Source: an uncultured Gammaproteobacteria bacterium
GTDB taxonomy: Bacteria; Patescibacteriota; Microgenomatia; UBA8517
DNA length: 64,000 nt
Direction: 5' to 3'
Assembly: GCA_964635715.1 (NCBI GenBank)
Contig: CAZWNZ010000001.1
Span: 248,122-312,121 of the forward strand
This document shows positions 31,019 to 40,873 of this stretch, piece after piece; the stretch's first letter is position 1; each line of letters opens with the position of its first letter. The position numbers and the translations under genes were made by a program. Under the pieces are notes generated by a model, which saw only the letters and a program-made list of their open reading frames with translations, was not told where the DNA came from and did not search any database.

Positions 31019-31900
31019 ATGTCTAAGAAGAGCTTGGGATTTTTAGCATTGGTGGCGGCGGCTATCATTTATTCAACCTTCGGCATTTGGATGAGACTAC
31101 TTGGAAGTGAGTTGGGAGCATATCAAACAACCGCACTAGCTAATATTTTTGCAGCAATTATTTCACTTGTAATAGTACTTATCCAGAAAAAGAAAATAAT
31201 TCTTGAAAAAGGTCTAAATTATAGAAACCTTTCACTATTTATCCTCGTTGTGCCTGCAGCTATTATCTTTTATAACTTTTCAGTCATGAATACTAAGGTG
31301 GCGACAGCCACTTTTGCACTTTACGCAGCTTCATTTATCGTCTCTTTCTTAGTTGGGAAGTTTATATTTAAAGAAAAAATATCCAAATTAAAAGTAATCG
31401 CACTGTTAATTGCTTTTGTAGGTCTTTCTTTTCTTTCGTTCCCATTTAGCTTTAATTTTGGTTTTTTGATGGGGCTTGCTAGTGGGGTAGCGGACACTTT
31501 TGCTAACAGTTTAAAGAAAGATTTGTCGGGAAAAATAGAAAGAATGTTTTTAGTTTTAGTTTCCAGAGTGGCTGCTGTTGTTGTGTCACTTGTGATGGTG
31601 GTGGGAACTGGAGAAAAATTGATAATTTTTTCGGCATTACCGTTAAAAACTTATTTAATAGCATTTCTTTTTGGCGTCCTTTTTGTGGGAGTAATTTACC
31701 TAACAATTGTTGGTTTCCAGTATTCAGATGTTTCGGTAGGGACAATAGTATTGTCTTCTGAGCTTTTCTTTACTCCAATAGTTGCATTTCTAGCTTTCAA
31801 AGAAATTCCGGTATCAACAGAAATTATCGGTGGTTTTTTGATATTGGTAGCAATGATACTTCCAAATTTAAGCCTACTAAAGAGAAAAACATCTTCATAA
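31019..31900 (+). CDS. EamA/DMT family transporter
   Basis: about ten TM helices with two FKE-type repeats; true start MSKKSL (track ORF extends into 5S). Confidence 0.9.
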   Translation: MSKKSLGFLALVAAAIIYSTFGIWMRLLGSELGAYQTTALANIFAAIISLVIVLIQKKKIILEKGLNYRNLSLFILVVPAAIIFYNFSVMNTKVATATFALYAASFIVSFLVGKFIFKEKISKLKVIALLIAFVGLSFLSFPFSFNFGFLMGLASGVADTFANSLKKDLSGKIERMFLVLVSRVAAVVVSLVMVVGTGEKLIIFSALPLKTYLIAFLFGVLFVGVIYLTIVGFQYSDVSVGTIVLSSELFFTPIVAFLAFKEIPVSTEIIGGFLILVAMILPNLSLLKRKTSS

Positions 31901-31939
31901 ATGGGGGATTTTTTGTGGGAAAATGCTATAATCGCCCTA

Positions 31940-32312
31940 ATGACAATTGAATCTGATTTTTTGAGTTTTAAAGATCCTGAGAAGTTTGTTGCCTCGGTGC
32001 AAGTTAAACCTATTTGTGTAAAAGACGTTGTAAATGCGGCTTTGCAAAAAATTGTCAGAAAAGAAAATTGGCTAGAGAAAGATAACCACCCAGTAGCCTC
32101 CGAAAGTCCTATCCACGAAATTGAATATTAGGGTACGTACAAGGTCTGACCTTGTATGTATTATATTGCTCTGCGAGCTAGCTGAACCAGACCCAATCAT
32201 GACTCCGACAGATCCTGAAATTGAGACTCCAAAATGGGTAAAGCCGGAAGAAATTCCAAGCTATTTTACCTCCAATTTCGACCCCAAGGTTAAAAAGTTT
32301 TTGGATATTTAA
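31940..32312 (+). pseudogene. split gene, possibly a NUDIX-like remnant
   Basis: two frames joined near a 27-bp palindrome; C-terminal part EIETPKWVKPEEIP. Confidence 0.45.
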
Positions 32313-32333
32313 AGAAACTAATCTGTGAGGAAC

Positions 32334-33059
32334 TTAAATTTCTGCTATTCCTTTTGTACTTCTCTCTTCTGAGGAAAGCTCCTTATATCTTTTATAGAGT
32401 TTTGGTGCGTGTTTCTTAACCTCTTTTAGTAATTGTTCGTATAATTTATAAACATTTTCTTCTTTCAGATATCCTTTCGAAAAAGCTTGTTTTAGAACAT
32501 CGTCAATTAATTTTGGATCCCTGTTAACGATTTTTTCACCCAAAATAGCAATCATGGAGAGCGGGCTTTTTGATTCTTTAACAGATTGCTCAAGTAAGTT
32601 GTAACCTTCGAGCATTCGGGATTGTGTTCTTTTTGCTTTATCACCAAAAAATACTATCAACTCTCGTGGAACGGAATACCCCCAAGGTGTGTCATTTGAG
32701 CTAATTTGGGTAAGATGAGATTCTGGGGTTGAATTCGGTTCATGTTCACCAGCAAGTTCACCTTCGTCTCTTTCTAAAGGTTGGTTGATCAGCCAATAAA
32801 GTTCAGGATTATGTTCAGCTGCTTCCATTTTGAAGATTTGCCTAGTCATAATGACGTCACCATATCTATCCCTTGCCTCCTCAGGGCCATTCCTTCGGAT
32901 AACTTTATCTTTGACTATGCAGCCTTCAGACCAAGCCATTCTATTAACTTGATTTTCAACAGGTTGATTAAAAAAATCTTGACCATTATCGCCCAAGAGC
33001 ACATTATCGCTCCATTTACGGTCATATCTTCGGTCTCCTCCATAACTTGCTTCAGTCAT
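32334..33059 (-). CDS. hypothetical protein
   Basis: 241 aa; TATAAT 7 nt before the ATG. Confidence 0.75.
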   Translation of the reverse strand: MTEASYGGDRRYDRKWSDNVLLGDNGQDFFNQPVENQVNRMAWSEGCIVKDKVIRRNGPEEARDRYGDVIMTRQIFKMEAAEHNPELYWLINQPLERDEGELAGEHEPNSTPESHLTQISSNDTPWGYSVPRELIVFFGDKAKRTQSRMLEGYNLLEQSVKESKSPLSMIAILGEKIVNRDPKLIDDVLKQAFSKGYLKEENVYKLYEQLLKEVKKHAPKLYKRYKELSSEERSTKGIAEI

Positions 33060-33110
33060 GCTTGTATTATACAACTTTTGTAAGGGTGGGGAATTTGGGG
33101 GGAAAAGAGT

Positions 33111-33671
33111 TTAAAAGCCGTTTTTCCTTTTGTAATCCAACCGTTTTATGAGTAAATTTTCGTTGTAGCCGCCCTCCCGTGTGTGTTTTTCTTCCAGTGC
33201 ATTCATTTGCCGATCAAGAAGATAGCCACAGCGAATAAGCAGATCTATCAGGTAGTTTACTGTGGTTTCTAATCCCTCTTTTCCTTCTAATCCTAAAACA
33301 GAAGGAATAGAGGTGGTAGATGGGTAGGGAGGATTAGGCGTTTCAAAGAACCGACGCAATTTAAAAAGCCGCCTGTCATTTTTGTTCCAGCGCGGTAGTT
33401 TTTCCCTTCGCAATATATCTTCAAAGTCTTCAAGTGCCTCCATTCCAGAGGATTTTGCTACATTATACAAGTTTAGCTTACGGCTCAAGCTTCTTTCGGA
33501 AGACCCTTCGACAATATTTTGCTTTAGGCTTCTTAGTGCCTGTTTAATTTAGTCTCTTTGTCTTCCATCTTCAACTCTCCCGTAGTATTTAGGGGTAAAA
33601 TCCCAGCCCAAATCAAAGGCTATTTGGGAAAGTTTATAGCTAATAAGCTCTTTATATCCGCTCTCAGCCAT
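33111..33671 (-). pseudogene. four-helix-bundle protein with suffix domain, interrupted by an in-frame TAA at 33549-33551
   Basis: GYKELISYK...RQRD*IKQALRSLKQNIVEGS...LYNVAKSSGMEALEDFED...LLDRQMNALEEKHTREGGYNENL. Confidence 0.88.
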
Positions 33672-33758
33672 AATTTATTTTATCATCCTAATTCATCTTG
33701 TCCTTCTAATCCTTCTGGGGTATAATACCCATACCAATAAGAAAGGTGGATATGATCA

Positions 33759-34880
33759 GTGACAACAAAATCAACTTCTAAAACAGAACCAACAATGGCT
33801 GAGCTCTTGGCTCGTGCCAAGAACAAAATTCAAAGGTTCACAAAAGGCCAAAGAGTTGAGGCAGTGGTTCTCTCCAAAACACCTTCCATGGTCATTTTTG
33901 ATATTGGTGGAAAAAGTGAAGGTTTAGTTAAAGAAAAAGGCTACACAGACGCAAAAGAGTTTATCGAAGGGCTAAAAATAGGGGATAAAGTTTCTGTTAC
34001 TATTTTAGTGCCTGAATCCCGCGATGGAACAATAGTACTAGGCCTTAAAGATGCCATGCATGACGTTTCTTGGGACAAACTTGAAGAAGCCAAAAAGTCT
34101 GGTGAGGCAGTTCCTGTTTTGGGTAAGGGAGTTGGAGCCCCCGGGTTTGTGGTTGAAGTAATGGGCATTGAAGGATTTATTCCAACCTCTCAAATGGGCA
34201 AGGAAATCACCGGAAATGCACAAAACTTGGTTGGAAAGTACTTCAAAGCCCGTGTTATGGAAGTTAATAAAATGGATAAAAAAGTAGTTCTTTCAGAGAA
34301 AGAAGTGTCAGAAGCAGGGGATATTGCCTTAACAAAAGAAGCATTAAAGAAGATTAAGGAAGGGGATGTTTTTGAGGGCGAAGTTAGCACGGTTGCAACT
34401 TTCGGGGCATTTGTTAAAATCGAAGTCCCTGTTGAAGTTAAACTAAAAACCAAAAGCCAAAAGCAAATAGCTGCCGTGGAAGGCCTTGTCCACGTTTCAG
34501 AGCTTTCATACTCCCGAGTCAATCTTCCGTCTGATGTCATTAAAGTCGGCGATAAGGTAAAAGTCAAAGTATTGGCAGCTCATGAAGGAAAATTGGCGTT
34601 TTCTATCAAGCAGGCTAAAGAAGATCCTTGGCTGGGAATTGAGAAGAAATTTAGGCCTGAGGAAAAAGTTTCCGGTAAAATTGTCAGAGTTTCTGACTTT
34701 GGATACTTTGTTGAACTTCTCTCTGGAGTTGAAGGACTTATTCATATTACCCAAGTTCCTCCTTCCATGAAGCTTGGGATTGGAGACGAAGTAAAGTGTA
34801 ATGTAGAAGAAGTCAATGTAAAAGACAAACGTATTGCTTTAGGTTTAGTTCTCACCTCAATTCCGCTCGGGTATAAATAA
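33759..34880 (+). CDS. rpsA: 30S ribosomal protein S1 (four S1 domains)
   Basis: DIGGKSEG, GFIPTSQ, FGAFV...EGLVHVSE and FGYFVEL...EGLIH motifs. Confidence 0.92.
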   Translation: MTTKSTSKTEPTMAELLARAKNKIQRFTKGQRVEAVVLSKTPSMVIFDIGGKSEGLVKEKGYTDAKEFIEGLKIGDKVSVTILVPESRDGTIVLGLKDAMHDVSWDKLEEAKKSGEAVPVLGKGVGAPGFVVEVMGIEGFIPTSQMGKEITGNAQNLVGKYFKARVMEVNKMDKKVVLSEKEVSEAGDIALTKEALKKIKEGDVFEGEVSTVATFGAFVKIEVPVEVKLKTKSQKQIAAVEGLVHVSELSYSRVNLPSDVIKVGDKVKVKVLAAHEGKLAFSIKQAKEDPWLGIEKKFRPEEKVSGKIVRVSDFGYFVELLSGVEGLIHITQVPPSMKLGIGDEVKCNVEEVNVKDKRIALGLVLTSIPLGYK

Positions 34881-34923
34881 GATTTATTTGACAATTCCTT
34901 TTTCGTATTATTTAATGTGCCTG

Positions 34924-35202
34924 ATGACTGAAGGGGAAAACAATAAAGACGAAACACCTCGACTGGATTATTTTGTAAATAATCACTATTTGGAAATATC
35001 AAGACGGCCACAGGAGGAGATTGATGAATTCAAACAATTAGTTTTGCAGTTTATGCAAGTAACACAAAAACTTGCTCGATTTTTACACCCTGATAATACA
35101 AGCAGGTCAATAGATTCTTTTGAAAAATTATTTAAATTCCCCCTGGATGTTCTAACTTCGATTGTGAGAAAAATAAACGAGTCGAAAGAAATGAATAAAT
35201 AA
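34924..35202 (+). CDS. hypothetical protein
   Basis: 92 aa; TTGACA promoter just upstream. Confidence 0.6.
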   Translation: MTEGENNKDETPRLDYFVNNHYLEISRRPQEEIDEFKQLVLQFMQVTQKLARFLHPDNTSRSIDSFEKLFKFPLDVLTSIVRKINESKEMNK

Positions 35203-35239
35203 AATTTGACTTCTTTCTTCCTAAATTGTATAAAACTAT

Positions 35240-35464
35240 ATGGCTGGAATCGAAATTCCACGAATAAATGATGATAGAATAATATTCCCAGAGGGAACCC
35301 AGAAAGGGAATGTCAAGATTTACTGCGGAACCTGTCCATTAAATATTGACTGTCACGGTTATGATTCAAAAGGATTTGCAGAGATAGATAGGCCTCGCAA
35401 TATCAACCGCGGCCAATCACTTGCTACCTACATAGAGGAAAACGCTTCTTGCATAAAACAATAA
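35240..35464 (+). CDS. small Cys-containing hypothetical protein
   Basis: CGTCP...CH...C pattern; adjacent promoter. Confidence 0.6.
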   Translation: MAGIEIPRINDDRIIFPEGTQKGNVKIYCGTCPLNIDCHGYDSKGFAEIDRPRNINRGQSLATYIEENASCIKQ

Positions 35465-35531
35465 TATTTCTTGATAAAATATTCAATATTAATATTGGTA
35501 CTTATTGGTATTTATTGGTATTATTGCCTTA

Positions 35532-36971
35532 ATGGCATTTCACTCAAAATACGTTTGTCAGCAATGCGGTTATGAATCTACAGGCTGGATGGGCAAATGC
35601 CCCGAGTGCGGAACATGGAATTCTCTTGTTGAAACGGTAGTTGAAACAAATTCCAACTCACAATCTCCAAGTTCCAAAAAATTTTCAAATTCCAAATCAC
35701 AAACTATCAAACTTTCCGATATCAAATCTTCATCAATTAAGCGTATTTCGACCAATATTTCGGAACTGGATAGGGTACTTGGTGGGGGTTTAGTTCCCGG
35801 ACAAGCTGTTCTTATTGCAGGAGAACCGGGGATCGGCAAGTCTACTCTTCTTACCCAATTAGCAGCAGAGTTGTCAGTCGGAGTTAGTCAAAGTCGGTCG
35901 GCTGAGCCGTTAGTTAAAACTAGTCAGAAGTTAGCCAAAGTTAGCTATGATACTAACCGCGCTAGCGGACCAACTATGACTAATTTTAACCGAAAAACCG
36001 TTCTCTATGTTTGTGGTGAAGAATCATCCTCGCAGGTTGCTGTGAGAGCCAAAAGGCTAGGTGTAAAAGGTGAAAGTATAGAACTTTTAGAAGAGACTGA
36101 TGTTGATAGTGTGATCAATCAGCTATCAACAATTAACAATCAACTATCCGCTGTTATTGTTGATTCTATTCAAACTATGACTACAGGTGATTTAACGGGG
36201 ATGGCAGGAAGTGTTGGACAAGTACGAGAGTGTGCGTTTCGGTTGCTTAAAGCCGCCAAAGAGAAAAACATTCCTTTATTCCTGGTAGGGCATGTTACCA
36301 AAGAAGGAACGGTGGCCGGCCCTGCGGTACTGGCCCACATTGTTGACACAGTACTCTGGTTTGAAGGAGACAAGACTTTAACCACACGCATTTTGAGGGC
36401 CGTTAAAAATAGGTTTGGCCCCACAGATGAGGTTGGGGTATTTGAGATGGTAGATAGCGGATTAAAACCAATGGATAATATATCAAAAGCCTTTTTGGAG
36501 AAAGGTAAAAAGCAAGTTTCCGGAAGTATTGTGACGTCAGTTTTGCAGGGAACCCGCCCAATTTTAGTTGAAATTCAGGCTTTGGTTGTACCCACAAAAC
36601 TGGCCTTTCCGCGCCGTATTGCGCAAGGAATTGACTCAAGACGATTGGAACTCCTTTTGGCAGTATTAACAAGGCGCTCCGGACTCCCGCTTTATGATAG
36701 TGATGTTTTTATAAATGTTGCGGGAGGTTTCAAAATCATGGAGCCCGCGAGTGATTTGGCAATTTGTATCGCAATTGCCTCTGCTTTTTATGATAAACCC
36801 CTGTCCGGTAATATTATTGCGGTTGGGGAAGTAGGGCTTTTGGGAGAAATCCGGGAGGTAGTTGCAGAGGAAAAACGCATTAAGGAAGCTAAACGCTTAG
36901 GTTTTACTGAGGCTGTTTCCTCAAAAAATTTTGGATATCTTAGTCAAGTTGTGAATCGGTTGCTGAAGTAG
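35532..36971 (+). CDS. radA: DNA repair protein RadA/Sms with three repeat-derived segments
   Basis: CQQCG...CPEC zinc ribbon, GEPGIGKST, DSIQT, KNRFG, Lon-like C-terminus. Confidence 0.98.
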   Translation: MAFHSKYVCQQCGYESTGWMGKCPECGTWNSLVETVVETNSNSQSPSSKKFSNSKSQTIKLSDIKSSSIKRISTNISELDRVLGGGLVPGQAVLIAGEPGIGKSTLLTQLAAELSVGVSQSRSAEPLVKTSQKLAKVSYDTNRASGPTMTNFNRKTVLYVCGEESSSQVAVRAKRLGVKGESIELLEETDVDSVINQLSTINNQLSAVIVDSIQTMTTGDLTGMAGSVGQVRECAFRLLKAAKEKNIPLFLVGHVTKEGTVAGPAVLAHIVDTVLWFEGDKTLTTRILRAVKNRFGPTDEVGVFEMVDSGLKPMDNISKAFLEKGKKQVSGSIVTSVLQGTRPILVEIQALVVPTKLAFPRRIAQGIDSRRLELLLAVLTRRSGLPLYDSDVFINVAGGFKIMEPASDLAICIAIASAFYDKPLSGNIIAVGEVGLLGEIREVVAEEKRIKEAKRLGFTEAVSSKNFGYLSQVVNRLLK

Positions 36972-37497
36972 TGTTTTTGTCATAAAAACATCTAGTCATT
37001 ACCTCTGCATTTTCTGAGTATCCACTTAAGCATCCATATTCACGAGCCAAGGTTCCACCTTTGTCATAGCTTATTATTTTGGTTCCTACTGCTATTCCTA
37101 TGGCTATGGCAGAATTCATTTCATCGGCTCCGTAAACGCTGATAACTAAATCATCAATATGTATAGCTCCGTCGTGCTTTGGAAGTTCGTTATTCGGTTT
37201 ATTGAGTGAATCGCACCGTTCCAGATCCTGCCTCTGCGAATATGCATGTAATAAAGCCATGCGTTTTGAACTTTCACTGACGTTTTCTCCAATTTCCTCA
37301 GTTTTTATAAATGCTGAATTTTTCCAGGTAATAGATACGGCAAAGTTAATGCCATGAAATTTTGGCAGAGAATCAAGTGAATCACGTACAACTCGTGCCG
37401 AACCGACAATGTTATTGGCAAGAAACTTTTTCTCTTTAGATATTGTTTTTGATTTTTCAAAAGATAAGTTTTCCAACCCAAATATCTCTTTAAACAT
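36940..37497 (-). CDS. hypothetical protein
   Basis: 185 aa; TATAAT 7 nt before the ATG. Confidence 0.7.
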   Translation of the reverse strand: MFKEIFGLENLSFEKSKTISKEKKFLANNIVGSARVVRDSLDSLPKFHGINFAVSITWKNSAFIKTEEIGENVSESSKRMALLHAYSQRQDLERCDSLNKPNNELPKHDGAIHIDDLVISVYGADEMNSAIAIGIAVGTKIISYDKGGTLAREYGCLSGYSENAEVMTRCFYDKNTTSATDSQLD

Positions 37498-37676
37498 ACT
37501 TGTATTATATTCTATAGTGTCAATATTAACAAGTTATCCACATTTATTTTTGAGGAATTTTTTTGCCCGAAAATACGGAATGAAAGCTAGTTAAAAAAAC
37601 TATGGGGAAGTATATTTTATAGTATATTTACGTTATAGGGTTTGACAAATTTGACAGCGGGGTGTAACATTTCTTT

Positions 37677-37975
37677 GAACCTTGAAAATTAAGGGAGGAT
37701 ACCCGTCCTGACCTTACCGTTCGCCTTCAGGTACTATTCGTACACGGCCCACGGAGCAGTTTCAGGAGGGTTTCACAAATTGCTGAAGCTAATTTTGGCA
37801 ATTTGCTCAAAAAAAGAGCATCGCCATCGTTGGGTTCTCCTCTAAAATAACCTTAGCGGAACTCGCCACGAGTAGAGATGCTCTTTCAATTACTTAACCA
37901 GACCTTTCGTAAAAAATGTCTGGACATGGGATTTGTCTTGCGGACAGGAAACTTTACTAACAATCAAGACAAATC
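37677..37975. ncRNA. candidate structured ncRNA between convergent promoters
   Basis: five stem-loops, no ORF of 60 aa or more; promoters at 37642-37670 (+) and 37982-38010 (-). Confidence 0.5.
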
Positions 37976-38092
37976 GTAATCAGACTAAAACGATTATCAT
38001 GGCTTGTCAAGCCCCTTTGAGTGGCAAAATTGGCTTTGGTAGGGACGGGTGGAATATAAGCGAAGCTTGGCACTGAGCGCATAGCGCTCATT

Positions 38093-38210
38093 GTAGGGCA
38101 AAAAAAAGAGAGCGCTTTGTTCTGGATTTGAGGGACGGGTGGAATTTAGGGCAGGAATTCTACCCGCTCCTCAAGCTTAGAATGGGCGCTCTTTTTTTGC
38201 GGAATTCTAC
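38093..38210 (+). repeat. about 50-bp imperfect inverted repeat
   Basis: GCAAAAAAAAGAGAGCGC...GAGGGACGGGTGGAATT pairs with AATTCTACCCGCTCCTC...GCGCTCTTTTTTTGC. Confidence 0.8.
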
Positions 38211-38335
38211 ATAGATCCTATGACAGGATTCAAGAGCACTCGCAATTCATTGCGAGGATGAATTGAACGCTGACAGGCGTTCTAACCAGAACGCCATTGG
38301 AGCCGATTTTTTGTGATTAAATTAATATAATCAAC

Positions 38336-39022
38336 ATGTCTGGATACAATTTTATAAATTTGATAGAAGGCATAACTCCCCAAGAGGTTAATGTTGTTGC
38401 GGCTTCAAAAAAGGAAGATACAGAGCCCAAAAAAAAGCGTTTTTCAATAAAATTGACCAAGATGCTGGCTTTAATTGGTATTGCTATTTTGTTGATTTAT
38501 TTTGCTCCGATAGTATTTAATTTTATTAAATACAGACTTTCCAACAACGAAGTTAATAAGCTTACCGAGGCGGCTCAAAACGCCACAGAAAGAGCCTTGC
38601 CGCCTCCGGACCCAACTCTGCCCAAAACCAACCGTTTGTCCATCCCTTCAATTGGTGTGGATACGGAGATAGAGGAGTCGACCTACGACAATTACGAGAC
38701 AGCACTCAGGAAGGGGGTCTGGAGAGTATCCAATTTTGGTGAACCTGACATAACAGGGGCTCCGATTATTCTAGCTGCTCACAGGTTCGGATATCTGGCT
38801 TGGACTAATTCATACAGGCACTATAACTCTTTTTACAACCTACCAAAAGTTAAAGAGGGAGATATTGTTACCATAGCCTGGGAGCAAAGGGAGTATAGAT
38901 ACGGTGTTTATAAAACTGAGCAGGGCGAGGAAATTACCGATTACTCAGCTGATCTTATTCTTTATACATGCGAAAGCTTAAGTGGTAGTGAGAGGATTTT
39001 TGTATACGCAAAACTGATTTAG
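38336..39022 (+). CDS. sortase
   Basis: TM helix, RLSIPSIGVD, AAHRFG, LILYTC...ERIFVYA (His/Cys/Arg triad). Confidence 0.92.
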   Translation: MSGYNFINLIEGITPQEVNVVAASKKEDTEPKKKRFSIKLTKMLALIGIAILLIYFAPIVFNFIKYRLSNNEVNKLTEAAQNATERALPPPDPTLPKTNRLSIPSIGVDTEIEESTYDNYETALRKGVWRVSNFGEPDITGAPIILAAHRFGYLAWTNSYRHYNSFYNLPKVKEGDIVTIAWEQREYRYGVYKTEQGEEITDYSADLILYTCESLSGSERIFVYAKLI

Positions 39023-39070
39023 TCCTGTAGTATTGACAAAATAATAATTATGAGATACAATGCAGCCCTG

Positions 39071-39310
39071 ATGAAAAAGTTAATAGCGATAGTACTTAGT
39101 ACTATGTACTTAGTACTTGGCGCAAACACAGTCAAAGCTGAAGACACAGTTACCGTCTGCACCCAGTATTACGGGGGCGGAGTTGTTTGTGGAGTTCACA
39201 CCCCTGTTGAAACCGGCATTGCAGACAACATTCCTCTTATAGCTTCAGGTTTTCTTGGCGCCAGCGGCGTTCTTGCATACTTGTCAAGAAAATTCAAAAA
39301 AACCGAATAA
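39071..39310 (+). CDS. 79-aa secreted peptide with sortase-like PVETG, TM helix and basic tail
   Basis: signal peptide ending VKA, C-x9-C loop, TPVETG, RKFKK; TTGACA-17-TACAAT promoter places the start at 39071. Confidence 0.75.
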   Translation: MKKLIAIVLSTMYLVLGANTVKAEDTVTVCTQYYGGGVVCGVHTPVETGIADNIPLIASGFLGASGVLAYLSRKFKKTE

Positions 39311-39408
39311 GTAGTTAGTTAGAATCAGTCGAAGTTGGTCAAAGTTAGAGATTTGCTCTAACCAATTTCAACCAACTCCGACCAGTTTTAACTAAAAACT
39401 AAAACTAG
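39311..39408 (+). repeat. 10-nt periodic hairpin (AGTTRGTC family)
   Basis: CAGTCGAAGTTGGTCAAAGTTAG ... CTAACCAATTTCAACCAACTCCGACCAG. Confidence 0.8.
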
Positions 39409-39672
39409 GGTTCTTTAACAAATCGAGGCAAAGCAAAGCGGAGTCCCTCTATAATTTTGGCACAAAGCGTGAACGAATAGTTCCAAAAAGCTGAGTGCGA
39501 AAATATGTGGGACAAAATTCTTTGGCAGATTATTAATCTGACGGTGAGATTCTGAAAATTAGAAGCTTAAGTTATTTTTTATTTTTCGTGTTTAGTTTTC
39601 AGACACTCACCGTTAGGTGGGTTCTCTGGCCAGAGAAATTTTATTTCAATCACACAAATAAGGAGGTGTGAG

Positions 39673-40725
39673 ATGAAAAAGACACTCTTTTTCATTTTTG
39701 TAATTCTTGTATTGGTTTCGAGTGCATCCTGCACTCAATCTGCAACCAAAACACAAGTTGCAGATATTGGTATTGACAGGGAAGCAACCGTTGTTCTAAC
39801 AGAAGTTGTTGAGGCAACGGAAGCACCCGCTACAAGTGAACCGGCAGCTGTAAATACAGAATCGGTTGTATACACCGTACCCAAGAACGCGATTCCTTTA
39901 ATAGATGGAAAGATAGGAGCTGTAAAAGGTTTCTTCTACGTTCTGAATAAGGAAGATCCGTATACCGCCGAATATCCATACCAGTCGCTCGTTATGATCA
40001 CTCTTGGCAACGGCAAGATCGAGATCGGAAAATACAGCGAAGCACTCACCGCCAGCGAAACTGAAGGCAATATTTTTGCAGATGTTTGCGCTGAGGTAGG
40101 CGGTTGCTCGGCTGTCATCTCCGGCTATACCGCTGGGCATGTTGGTATCACCGTCATTTTCGCCGGGTATGAAAACCCTGACGACTCATTGATTGGTGGT
40201 ATCAAAAATATGTTTGAACCCAGCAATTGCGGCGGATCGGGATGCAACACAATTTTTGCTCATAACATAAAAGGCAATGCATTAACCTTCGAAAAGAAGG
40301 CCAATGTCGTCGTAGCAAAATTCCTGACCCCGGCCGAATCGCCGTATGCAAGCGTCAATTTCAGATATGATGGTGTTCCTTCGGGAGCAATCGTCATACG
40401 GGATGATGCTAAAAACATCATCGGCCACGAGTATTTTCTGACCGATAAGGACGCATTCGTTTCTGTTCCTGAGGGCGGTGGCACTCTTATCTATTGCGGT
40501 GCAAAAGCCACAATTGACGATGTAAATTGCCCAGCGGGAACAGCGATGCTCTTTAAGGGCATAAAATCTGATGGTGCTACACCCTCAGATTTAAACTACA
40601 CGATTAATCTCGTGACCACTGACTCTTCAGCAATCCGGGTTGTGATGATCTACGCTGCTGAATCGTTCGAAGGTCAAATCGCCCAGTTTAAGGCGCAATA
40701 TCCTGACTGGGACTGGCCAGAGTAA
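39673..40725 (+). CDS. putative lipoprotein
   Basis: signal peptide ending SASC, TAAGGAGGT SD, long structured leader. Confidence 0.75.
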   Translation: MKKTLFFIFVILVLVSSASCTQSATKTQVADIGIDREATVVLTEVVEATEAPATSEPAAVNTESVVYTVPKNAIPLIDGKIGAVKGFFYVLNKEDPYTAEYPYQSLVMITLGNGKIEIGKYSEALTASETEGNIFADVCAEVGGCSAVISGYTAGHVGITVIFAGYENPDDSLIGGIKNMFEPSNCGGSGCNTIFAHNIKGNALTFEKKANVVVAKFLTPAESPYASVNFRYDGVPSGAIVIRDDAKNIIGHEYFLTDKDAFVSVPEGGGTLIYCGAKATIDDVNCPAGTAMLFKGIKSDGATPSDLNYTINLVTTDSSAIRVVMIYAAESFEGQIAQFKAQYPDWDWPE

Positions 40726-40873
40726 TAAAGTAACAAATGTTTGCCTCGATTAGGCCCTGCTTAAGCATTTTGCTTTTTCTTTCACCGTTTTGGTGTTTGA
40801 TTAAGTAATTTGTTTTTGCAGGGCCGTTCGACTTAGCGAATAATTTCACTTATTATTAATTAAGTCGAACGAA

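Noticed and set aside
33549-33551. Stop-codon reassignment explaining the in-frame TAA
   Set aside because: TAA, TAG and TGA all end intact genes in this window; a single C-to-T change explains it
37677-37975. RNase P RNA, tmRNA, SRP RNA or a common riboswitch
   Set aside because: Hallmark motifs such as GAGGAAAGTCC, tRNA-like ends and the SRP GGAAG loop were not found by eye; left as an unknown candidate
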